This document shows positions 8,860 through 16,155 of a DNA stretch of 20,000 nucleotides, piece by piece. Where the stretch lies: the NCBI GenBank assembly GCA_011620345.1, contig WOZJ01000050.1, positions 46,495 to 66,494 on the forward strand, in the 5' to 3' direction. Source of the stretch: Nitrospirota bacterium. Lineage in GTDB: Bacteria > UBA2233. The notes below the pieces were generated by a model. It was not told where the DNA came from and made no database searches. It saw only the letters and a program-made list of their open reading frames with translations. Position 1 is the stretch's first letter; every line of letters starts with the position of its first letter. A program made the position numbers and the translations under genes.

Positions 8860-9996
8860 ATGGATCTACGCAATCAGCAGCTCAAAAGGATCGTCATAAA
8901 AATCGGCAGCCACGTACTTTCCCAGGGTCAAACCCTAAACCCAAAACGTGTTCAAGCGCTCACGAGGGATATCGTCAACCTCAAGAAGGCCCTAGGGGCT
9001 GAGGTTGTGCTGGTTAGCTCTGGCGCCGTCATGACCGGGAGGATGCTTGTCCAAACGAACGGAAAGCCTGTTTCGGTGGGCATCAAGCAGGCGTTGGCGG
9101 CCGTTGGGCAGGCCAAGCTCATGGAGATCTATTCGTGGGCATTCGCCGAGCACGGCATGAACGTCGCTCAGGTTCTTTTGACCCATGACGACTTAGAGTG
9201 CCGCGAGCGGTACTTGAACGCGAAGCGGACGTTCGTAACGCTCCTTAAGCTAGGGATGATTCCCATCGTCAACGAGAACGATACGGTGAGCACCGAAGAA
9301 ATTCGCTTTGGCGATAACGACAGGCTGTCTGCGGAAGTTGCGGGGCTCGTAGGGGCCGATACGCTCGTTTTGCTGAGCGATGTGGAAGGGCTCTTTACGG
9401 ATGACCCAAAGACAAACCCGTCGGCGAAGCTTATTTCCACGGTCGAGGCGGTAGGCGAATCGTTGCTTGGCTCGTTTAGCGAGTCGAAGTCGCAGCATGG
9501 AACCGGGGGGATCCGCTCCAAAATTCTGGCTGCCAAAATTGCGACGGAGCTAGGCCTCGGTGTTTGGATTCTTCCCGGCCACAAAGAGGACGTGCTTTGC
9601 CAGGCGCTCGTCGAGAGCAAGAGGATGGGGACGTTCTTTTTGCCCGCCAAAAACCCGCTCAACACGAAAAGGCACTGGATTTACCATACGCTCAAGGTCA
9701 AAGGCGAAATCGTCATCGATGCGGGCTGCGAAAAAGCGATCTTGCTCAAGGGCAAGAGTCTTCTTGCTCAAGGGATTGTCGATGTTCGAGGGGATTTTTC
9801 CAGGCAGAGCACGGTCTGGATTCGCAATGCAGAAGGCCAGTTCCTCGGCAAAGGGCTCTGCGGCCCCTCTTCTCAAGAGTTACGGGATGTTCTTGGCCTT
9901 AAGCCTGAAAAGGATAAGGATGTTGAAGCTCAAAAAAACGAGAGGGGGATCGAGGTGGTCCACAGGGACAACCTGATCTTGACGGCCCCCGCGTAA
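8860..9996 (+). CDS. proB: Glutamate 5-kinase with PUA domain
   Basis: RIVIKIGS, VSSGAV, AAVGQ, PIVNENDTV, FGDNDRLSA, GTGGI.SK; C-terminal PUA ending VVHRDNL. Confidence 0.98.
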   Translation: MDLRNQQLKRIVIKIGSHVLSQGQTLNPKRVQALTRDIVNLKKALGAEVVLVSSGAVMTGRMLVQTNGKPVSVGIKQALAAVGQAKLMEIYSWAFAEHGMNVAQVLLTHDDLECRERYLNAKRTFVTLLKLGMIPIVNENDTVSTEEIRFGDNDRLSAEVAGLVGADTLVLLSDVEGLFTDDPKTNPSAKLISTVEAVGESLLGSFSESKSQHGTGGIRSKILAAKIATELGLGVWILPGHKEDVLCQALVESKRMGTFFLPAKNPLNTKRHWIYHTLKVKGEIVIDAGCEKAILLKGKSLLAQGIVDVRGDFSRQSTVWIRNAEGQFLGKGLCGPSSQELRDVLGLKPEKDKDVEAQKNERGIEVVHRDNLILTAPA

Positions 9997-10025
9997 AACT
10001 CTTATCCCGCCAGAAAGGTTAGCGT

Positions 10026-11279
10026 ATGGATCAGACACCCCCGGCTTGGCTTGTTTCGCTTAAAAAAGCCCAAAGGCAGCTTGCATTGTCCAATCGCGCC
10101 AAGAAGGACCAGGCGATCCTCGAGGCGGCAAGGATGCTTCAGGAGAACGCAGGGATCCTGCTCGAAGCCAACGCGTCCGATACGGCTCGGGCCGAGTCGC
10201 AGGGCATGAAAAAATCTATGGTCGACAGACTCTTGCTTACGCCGGAGCGGATCAAGGCCATGGCGGACGGGCTGCGGGAGGTTGCCGCGCTCGATGACCC
10301 GGTAGGAAGCATCGCGCATATCCAGGTTCGCCCCAACGGCTTACAGGTTGGCAAGATGCGGATTCCATTGGGGGTCGTTTTAATCATCTACGAATCCAGA
10401 CCTAACGTGACGATCGATGCCGCCGGGCTGTGCATGAAATCGGGAAACGGCTGCATTCTAAAGGGGGGTCGTGAGGCGTTCGAGACGAACCATGCCTTGA
10501 TCGGGATTTTTAAGGATTCCCTAGAAGCCGCCGGGCTTCCACAAGATGCCGTTCATCTCTTGCCGATGGCGTCACGATCCGAGCTGCCCCAGCTTCTTTC
10601 CCTTGCCGGTTGGATAGACCTTGCGATCCCGCGGGGAGGAGAAGACCTGATTCGTTTCGTGACGGAGCATGCGAGGGTCCCCGTCGTTCAGCACTTCAAG
10701 GGCGTTTGCCATGCCTTCCTCGAAGCCTCGGCGGACCTTGAGATGGCCAAAGCGGTCGTCATCAACGCAAAGACGAGCCGGCCTTCCGTGTGCAACGCGT
10801 TGGAGACCCTGCTAGTGGATGACAAGCTTTCGCAAGCGTTCCTCGAGGAGCTTTTCACGGCGCTGCTAAAGGCTGGGATCGAGGTTAGGGCCTGCCCCGA
10901 GCTCTACGGACAGTTCGGACGCCTAGGGCTTGCAAAAGCCTCCGATGAGGACTTTGGCCGGGAATTTCTGGAGATGACCCTGGCCGCAAAGCGCGTCCAA
11001 GGTCTTAAGGGGGCGATTGAGCACATCGAGCGCTTTGGCTCGCTTCATACCGAAACGATCGTCACAAACGACCTTCAATGCGCAGAGACGTTCCTTCGGC
11101 ATGTGGAGGCTTCTTGCGTTATGGTCAACGCCTCGACGAGGTTTAACGACGGGTTCGAGCTGGGGCTTGGCGCGGAGATTGGGATCTCCACATCGAAGCT
11201 CCACGCCTTCGGCCCGATGGGCCTTCGTGAGCTGACCACGGAGAAATTCGTCGTCGTCGGAAACGGGCAGGTTCGCTAG
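10026..11279 (+). CDS. proA: Gamma-glutamyl phosphate reductase
   Basis: PLGVVLIIYESRPNVT, KSGN..ILKGG, IPRGG, catalytic CNALET, VNASTRFNDG, GAEIGISTSKLHAFGPMGL. Confidence 0.98.
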   Translation: MDQTPPAWLVSLKKAQRQLALSNRAKKDQAILEAARMLQENAGILLEANASDTARAESQGMKKSMVDRLLLTPERIKAMADGLREVAALDDPVGSIAHIQVRPNGLQVGKMRIPLGVVLIIYESRPNVTIDAAGLCMKSGNGCILKGGREAFETNHALIGIFKDSLEAAGLPQDAVHLLPMASRSELPQLLSLAGWIDLAIPRGGEDLIRFVTEHARVPVVQHFKGVCHAFLEASADLEMAKAVVINAKTSRPSVCNALETLLVDDKLSQAFLEELFTALLKAGIEVRACPELYGQFGRLGLAKASDEDFGREFLEMTLAAKRVQGLKGAIEHIERFGSLHTETIVTNDLQCAETFLRHVEASCVMVNASTRFNDGFELGLGAEIGISTSKLHAFGPMGLRELTTEKFVVVGNGQVR

Positions 11280-11280
11280 G

Positions 11281-12003
11281 TTGCAAAGAGCCGTTCCGTT
11301 GGGTATTTTCGGAGGGACGTTCGATCCGGTACACATCGGGCACCTAAGGGGTGCAGAGGAAGTGGCGGAGCTTTTGGGGATCGAGCGCGTCTTGTTCGTA
11401 CCGACGGGTTTTGCCAGGCATAAAGAGCTTGCAAGCCTTGCCTCTCCGGAAGATAGGCTCACGATGCTCGAGCTGGCCGTTGCTTCCAACCCAAGGTTCG
11501 GTGTGTTGCGCTACGAAATAGAGCACCCGGAGCACGCCTCGTACACCTACTACACGCTCAAGCATCTTCATGAAACCGTCCTTTCGAGCGGGCAAAAGCC
11601 TTTTTTGATCCTCGGGGAGGACGCGTTCGCGGGGTTTCCAAAATGGCACCGGTTTCAAGAGGTGCTCGAAATGTGCCATATCGCCGTGATGGCAAGGCCC
11701 CCGATCGGCCTTCCTTCTATTCCTGCTGCCCTTAAAGGGTTAGAGAGCCAGGCCGTTTCCTCGGAAGTCTTGCATGTTCGCCTCCAGAGCGGCAACGGCC
11801 TCTACGAGTGCCGTGTCACGCCGCTTGACATATCTTCGAGTCGGGTTCGGGAGAGGTGTTTGACCGGACGGTCTGTTCGTTACCTCGTCCCGGAGGAGGC
11901 CTTTCGCTTTATCCAAGAAAGAGGGCTTTATCGAAAACCCCTAAACCCACAGAGAAACCCAACCCAAAAGGAGGCTGAATGGGATTTCAAGCGAACTCCC
12001 TAG
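11281..12003 (+). CDS. nadD: Nicotinate-nucleotide adenylyltransferase
   Basis: GIFGGTFDPVHIGH (HIGH motif), SYTYYTL, ILGED, ISSSRVR; usual proA-nadD-rsfS context. Confidence 0.96.
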   Translation: MQRAVPLGIFGGTFDPVHIGHLRGAEEVAELLGIERVLFVPTGFARHKELASLASPEDRLTMLELAVASNPRFGVLRYEIEHPEHASYTYYTLKHLHETVLSSGQKPFLILGEDAFAGFPKWHRFQEVLEMCHIAVMARPPIGLPSIPAALKGLESQAVSSEVLHVRLQSGNGLYECRVTPLDISSSRVRERCLTGRSVRYLVPEEAFRFIQERGLYRKPLNPQRNPTQKEAEWDFKRTP

Positions 12004-12356
12004 CACAACAACTCTTGGAGATCGCGCTAGATAAAAAAGCGGAGAACCCGGCCGTATACAGGGTATCTCCGGTAGTGGACTATGCGGATACCTTGATTGT
12101 TTTGACAATCCACAACCCAAACCATGCCAAGGCCGTAACCGAGGCGATGGCTCAGGGTGCAAAGCCGGCATTCGGGCCGCCTCTTTCGATCGAAGGCCAG
12201 GACACGAACTGGGCCATCCTGGACTTTGGCGATGTGATCGTCCACCTTTTTGAGAAGGAGACCAGGGAGTACTACGATCTTGACGGCCTTTGGATGGATA
12301 TGCGCTCCGAGCAAACAAACGCGTTTCCCGTTTCTTCGCGTGGCTTCCTGGGATAG
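11979..12356 (+). CDS. rsfS: Ribosome silencing factor RsfS (Iojap)
   Basis: ALDKKAEN, IEGQDTNWAILDFGDVIVHLF..ETREYYDLDGLW; AAGGAGG RBS; overlaps nadD by 25 nt. Confidence 0.93.
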   Translation: MGFQANSLAQQLLEIALDKKAENPAVYRVSPVVDYADTLIVLTIHNPNHAKAVTEAMAQGAKPAFGPPLSIEGQDTNWAILDFGDVIVHLFEKETREYYDLDGLWMDMRSEQTNAFPVSSRGFLG

Positions 12357-13140
12357 CCCTTTTCGGTGGGCTAAGGAGGGGTTTCTAGCGTTAGGAGGCG
12401 CCCTGATCGAGCCAGAGTGCCCGTTGTGTGATACCCCCGTCTTCTTCCATCCAGGGTCATTGCTTTGCCCCGCATGCGAAAAGGATCTCTTGGCTCTTCG
12501 ATTGTCCGGGCCTGTCTGCTCTTGCTGCGCCCTCCCCATTAAGGACGGTGAAACTGACCCCTGCGTTGAATGTAGGCTCGATCCGTTGGCGCTCCAAAGG
12601 ACGAGCGCTTTTTTCAGCTACGAAGGGGCGGTGCGTTCCTTGCTCGTACTTTGGAAGAAGAGGGCGAACCCGTGCCTTCGGCGGTATCTTCTTCGAATAT
12701 GGGCCTCAAGCTTGCAAGAAGGACTTCCGCCGTTCCCCCCAGGGGCCGTCGTGGTGGGGGTTGAGCCTCATCCAAATCGTCTCCTGGCCAGAGGGTTCGA
12801 TCCTGTCCTGCCGTTTGTGCGTTCTTTGTCCAAGTCTTTTTGTATTCCAACCCTCCGCGCCCTCGTTCGAACGCACGATGCTCCCCATCAAGCCGCCCTT
12901 CCTGCCAGGGAACGCGAAAAGAACGTCAAAGGAAGCTTTCTGCTGAGGTCCGGGATGGATAGGGAGATTCAAGGCCGTCCGGTTGTGCTTGTAGATGACG
13001 TGATGACGACGGGGGCCACGCTAAACGAGGCCGCAAAGGCCCTAAGGAAGGCCAAGCCCGGTTATATTCTAGGGGTTGTTTTTGCAAGGACGCTTAAGGG
13101 TAGGCAAGGCTTCCCCTTAATCTCGAAACCAAGGGGGTGA
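12340..13140 (+). CDS. comF: ComF family protein (double zinc ribbon + phosphoribosyltransferase domain)
   Basis: Four CxxC pairs (CPLC, CPAC, CSCC, CVEC), ARGFD, HQAAL...REKNVKGSF, PRPP loop LVDDVMTTGATL. Start uncertain: GTG 12340 chosen; the ORF-track start 12250 lies deep inside rsfS. Confidence 0.88.
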   Translation: MASWDSPFRWAKEGFLALGGALIEPECPLCDTPVFFHPGSLLCPACEKDLLALRLSGPVCSCCALPIKDGETDPCVECRLDPLALQRTSAFFSYEGAVRSLLVLWKKRANPCLRRYLLRIWASSLQEGLPPFPPGAVVVGVEPHPNRLLARGFDPVLPFVRSLSKSFCIPTLRALVRTHDAPHQAALPAREREKNVKGSFLLRSGMDREIQGRPVVLVDDVMTTGATLNEAAKALRKAKPGYILGVVFARTLKGRQGFPLISKPRG

Positions 13141-13740
13141 CCCCTTTTGGTCGGCGCTCGATCGTGAGACGGACTCTTTTGTGCTCTTATAGATGGCGTC
13201 AAATGTCTCGAGTACGCCTTTCCCCTCAATTGCTGCAGCCTCCACAAATGGGGCCTTCCAGGGGTTTAGCTCTGCTTCGAGCGTATGGATCGGAAGGATA
13301 TCGGGGAGGTCCCGCTTGTTGTATTGAATGATGATGGGCAGGGTGTTTGGATCTTGCCCTTGTTCGCTCAGAAACCCGATAAGCTCTTCAAGGGCCGCCT
13401 TGTTGGCCGTTTTGGCTGTAGCCTGTGAGTCGTACACCATGACGATGCCATCTGCCCCCCGGAGGACAACTTTCCTTGCCTCCTTGTAAATCACTTGCCC
13501 CGGTACTGTGTAGACATGGCAACGGGCCTTAAAGTTTCCCTCGAGCATATCTGCAACGTTCAGAAAATCGAAGAACAGCGTGCGTTCGTTGGCCGTGGGT
13601 ACAATCAAAAGCTGCCTGGATTCTTTGTTTGGGAGCATGGCATGGAGCTTCTCGAGGTTGGTTGTCTTGCCCGACAGGGCCGGACCGGAGTAGACGACCT
13701 TTAAGACGACTTCCCTGTTGGCGTAGTGAATAAAAGGCAT
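13117..13740 (-). CDS. mglA: MglA-family small Ras-like GTPase
   Basis: MPFIHYANREVVLKVVYSGPALSGKTTNL, ERTLFFDFL, YTVPGQ, VLRGADGIV..DSQ, QYNKRDLP; colinear with Myxococcus MglA (R53, T54, Q82 at the same positions). Confidence 0.9.
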   Translation of the reverse strand: MPFIHYANREVVLKVVYSGPALSGKTTNLEKLHAMLPNKESRQLLIVPTANERTLFFDFLNVADMLEGNFKARCHVYTVPGQVIYKEARKVVLRGADGIVMVYDSQATAKTANKAALEELIGFLSEQGQDPNTLPIIIQYNKRDLPDILPIHTLEAELNPWKAPFVEAAAIEGKGVLETFDAIYKSTKESVSRSSADQKGSPPWFRD

Positions 13741-13741
13741 T

Positions 13742-13885
13742 TCAACGCCCCTCGATCAATGCTGGTTTGTCCTTGAAGGGATCGGGGGTTACAAGCCAGG
13801 AAAGCCTTTCTGGGGAAGAAGAATCGTCTGGTAAGCCTTCGTAGGCCAAGGCGATCAACTGGGTTGTTCCTCGTAAATCATACAC
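13742..13885 (-). CDS. Possible 47-aa small ORF or frameshifted C-terminal extension of the phosphatase
   Basis: Hand translation: GTG-YDLRGTTQLIALAYEGLPDDSSSPERLSWLVTPDPFKDKPALIEGR-TGA; fills the gap and ends 1 nt before the mglA ATG. No family recognised. Confidence 0.25.
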   Translation of the reverse strand: MYDLRGTTQLIALAYEGLPDDSSSPERLSWLVTPDPFKDKPALIEGR

Positions 13886-14531
13886 CCCCGGGAATATTCA
13901 CATTGAAGCGGATGTAGGAGCGTTGCCAAAGCTCCCCGATTTCGGGAACCAGGTTGACGCCTTTGATTTCCGCAAGGCCTGCATGAACTTCAATTCCGCT
14001 GACAGAGCCGTTATCGATGCGTATGCGCCGAAACTCTTTTAGTGGAAGCTTCATATAATAGGCAAGGGCCGTACGGATGACGTCTCCGTGCGAAACGACA
14101 GCGAACGCTGCGACAGGCCGCTCTTTGGATGCCTCTTCGAGAAAGGCTACGGCGCGTTCCTGGACCCGGATGATCGGCTCGATTCCTTGCCCTGGGTTGA
14201 AGGAGGGGTCTTTTAAGTAGCGGAAGTAATTAGGGTCTTCTTTGAGTTCCGAAAAAAGCCTGCCTTCCCAGACCCCGTAACCCACCTCGCAGAGCGCTTG
14301 AGCGGGGGTAGGATCAAGAAGAAGTTCTTTGGCAATGATTTCTGCGCTCTCCGTGGTCCTAGGATAGGGAGAACAGTACACCCTTTCGATCGGTAACCCC
14401 TTGAGCACCCGGGCGGCCCACCGCATCTGAGTCTTTCCCGATTCATTGAGGCCCACCCAGGACGTTCCCATGACGCGCTGGGCCTTGTTCCAGTCTGTTT
14501 CCCCATGTCGAACGAGAACAATGAGCCCCAT
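13878..14531 (-). CDS. Histidine phosphatase family protein (PGM/CobC-like)
   Basis: LVRHGETDWN, CSPYPRT, LCEVGYGVWEG, VSHGDVIR, DNGSVS. Confidence 0.93.
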   Translation of the reverse strand: MGLIVLVRHGETDWNKAQRVMGTSWVGLNESGKTQMRWAARVLKGLPIERVYCSPYPRTTESAEIIAKELLLDPTPAQALCEVGYGVWEGRLFSELKEDPNYFRYLKDPSFNPGQGIEPIIRVQERAVAFLEEASKERPVAAFAVVSHGDVIRTALAYYMKLPLKEFRRIRIDNGSVSGIEVHAGLAEIKGVNLVPEIGELWQRSYIRFNVNIPGGV

Positions 14532-15269
14532 CTAGTCCTCCGCCAAAAAAACGTCTTGCTTATGAGGGCGGGCTTTTGAGAGGGGGCATTTCTTGTATGC
14601 CTCGTAAGGCTCGTCGCAAAAGCCTTGCCTTGCAGGCCCGCACTTGGGCTGCAGGAAGACTCCTAACAAAGGGGCGGCTTTTTTGACCTCTCTACGCATC
14701 CCGAGGGCCAGCCTTCGAATCTCCCATTGCGCTCGGAAGCAAAGCCTTAAATCGGCGATGTGCAACAATTCGGCGTAGTTCACGCAGACTTGGATGTTGG
14801 ATACGACGGCTTGAGGTAGGATAAACCGCGCATCCTCTGCAGGAATCCCCGCCTGAAGCGCCTTTTGGTACAACTCAAAGGATTCCAGCATGTGGGCTTT
14901 GTAGGCCTCGGAAAGAGGGCCTTGCTGCCAAGTCTTGGGAGTGGCAAACATTTTTTTTGGATCTTCCGAATCGAGCTTAATGTAGCGCTGGGATTGCTGT
15001 TCGAAGCTGATTCCGATACGATGGCGGACAAGCTGGTGGGAGGCTGTCCTAGAGAGTCCTTCGATTCCAAACCAAAACACTATCTGCTCCAAAGGAGACG
15101 TATGGCCCGTTTTGAGCCGCTCCAGAATAAACGCCTGAAGCTTTTCGGGAGAGTTTTCCCCGGCCTCTTCCCAAATTTCTATCGGGGATTTCTTCGAGTA
15201 GCAGGTTCTGTAAGCCACGTACAGCATGCGTAGCGGCTCCGGGGTATAGGAAAGCATGCGAACATGCAA
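14532..15269 (-). CDS. thyX: FAD-dependent thymidylate synthase
   Basis: GHTSPLE, ThyX motif QLVRHRIGISFEQQSQRY, EDARFILP, LRLCFRAQWEIR; TTG start with AAGGA RBS; stop abuts the phosphatase ATG. Confidence 0.96.
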   Translation of the reverse strand: MHVRMLSYTPEPLRMLYVAYRTCYSKKSPIEIWEEAGENSPEKLQAFILERLKTGHTSPLEQIVFWFGIEGLSRTASHQLVRHRIGISFEQQSQRYIKLDSEDPKKMFATPKTWQQGPLSEAYKAHMLESFELYQKALQAGIPAEDARFILPQAVVSNIQVCVNYAELLHIADLRLCFRAQWEIRRLALGMRREVKKAAPLLGVFLQPKCGPARQGFCDEPYEAYKKCPLSKARPHKQDVFLAED

Positions 15270-15367
15270 CCTAGTCTTCCTTTGTGGTTTTAGGGTAAGC
15301 TTTTGTATCTCTGTACTACCGTTTAAGTGTAACCAAGGTTGTGGGTTCGAGTCTATCTCTTCTAAGA

Positions 15368-16150
15368 ATGTGTAAATGGCTTAAGCAGCCACGGGTTTTA
15401 CCTCGGGTTATTGTTGGCTTGGCCTTAAGCCTTGCCGTTCTTTTGGCCATCGGCGTCGGTACCTTTTTCGGGGTTCGTTCCTTCTACAGGAGTATACCCA
15501 GCCAGCTGATTCAGTACGAAATGGACGTAGAGGCCATGGCCAAGCCTCTGGCCCCGGTATCCGTACGCTCCGAGCTGGGTGATTTTGAGATCCCCATCAA
15601 ACTTCCGGAAGTCGTACGCATTGCAGTCCCCGTCCGTAAGGTATTGGACGTTCCTGTAAAAGAAGAGTTTCAGGTGCCCGTGAACATGACGGTTCATGTG
15701 CCCATTGATCAGGAGGTTTTCATCAAAGCGGAGTTTCCCCTTGAGGTTTCCGTACCGCTCGATGGTATCCGCCTCAAGGCGCGCCCTTTCGGCTTGCCGG
15801 CCATCCCGGCGACTCTTCAAGGCTCGCTGCCCCTCAAGCTGACCGTGCCCTTTGCAAGGACGGTTCGCATCAAAACAGACGTCGAGGTTCCAATAAGGCG
15901 CGTCTTCACGGTTCCTTTTAGTAAGACGCTCCAAGTGCCCCTGAATTTTGATCTAACCCTCGACCTCCCGATTCAACGCCTCATTCAGGTCCACTTCGAC
16001 GGGCCGCTCAAGCTCAAGGCCAAGATTACCGAGGAGATGCCCGTGCGCGCGCGGTTTCGCGTGGGCCTTACAAAAGACGGCAGGATCGCGGTAGATCAGC
16101 CTTCTACCGCACCCAAAAAAAGGGGGGCAGAGTCGGCTCTGCCCCCTTGA
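15368..16150 (+). CDS. Hypothetical single-pass membrane protein with long Pro-punctuated amphipathic beta repeats
   Basis: Basic N-terminus, hydrophobic segment VIVGLALSLAVLLAIGVGTFFGV, then about 160 aa of alternating hydrophobic/polar residues with repeated [VIL]P[VIFL]. Start ATG 15368 or GTG 15341. Confidence 0.8.
   Translation: MCKWLKQPRVLPRVIVGLALSLAVLLAIGVGTFFGVRSFYRSIPSQLIQYEMDVEAMAKPLAPVSVRSELGDFEIPIKLPEVVRIAVPVRKVLDVPVKEEFQVPVNMTVHVPIDQEVFIKAEFPLEVSVPLDGIRLKARPFGLPAIPATLQGSLPLKLTVPFARTVRIKTDVEVPIRRVFTVPFSKTLQVPLNFDLTLDLPIQRLIQVHFDGPLKLKAKITEEMPVRARFRVGLTKDGRIAVDQPSTAPKKRGAESALPP
16115..16146 (-). terminator. Rho-independent terminator of the fadN-fadA transcript
   Basis: Minus strand: GGGGGCAGAG-CCGA-CTCTGCCCCC then C and T7, starting 9 nt after the fadA stop. 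Confidence 0.85.
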
Positions 16151-16155
16151 TGCCC

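Noticed and set aside
15337..15355. GGTTGTGGGTTCGAGTC resembles a tRNA variable loop/T-arm
   Set aside because: T-stem does not close (GTGGG vs CTATC) and no D-arm, anticodon stem or acceptor stem can be built; at most a chance match or decayed remnant.
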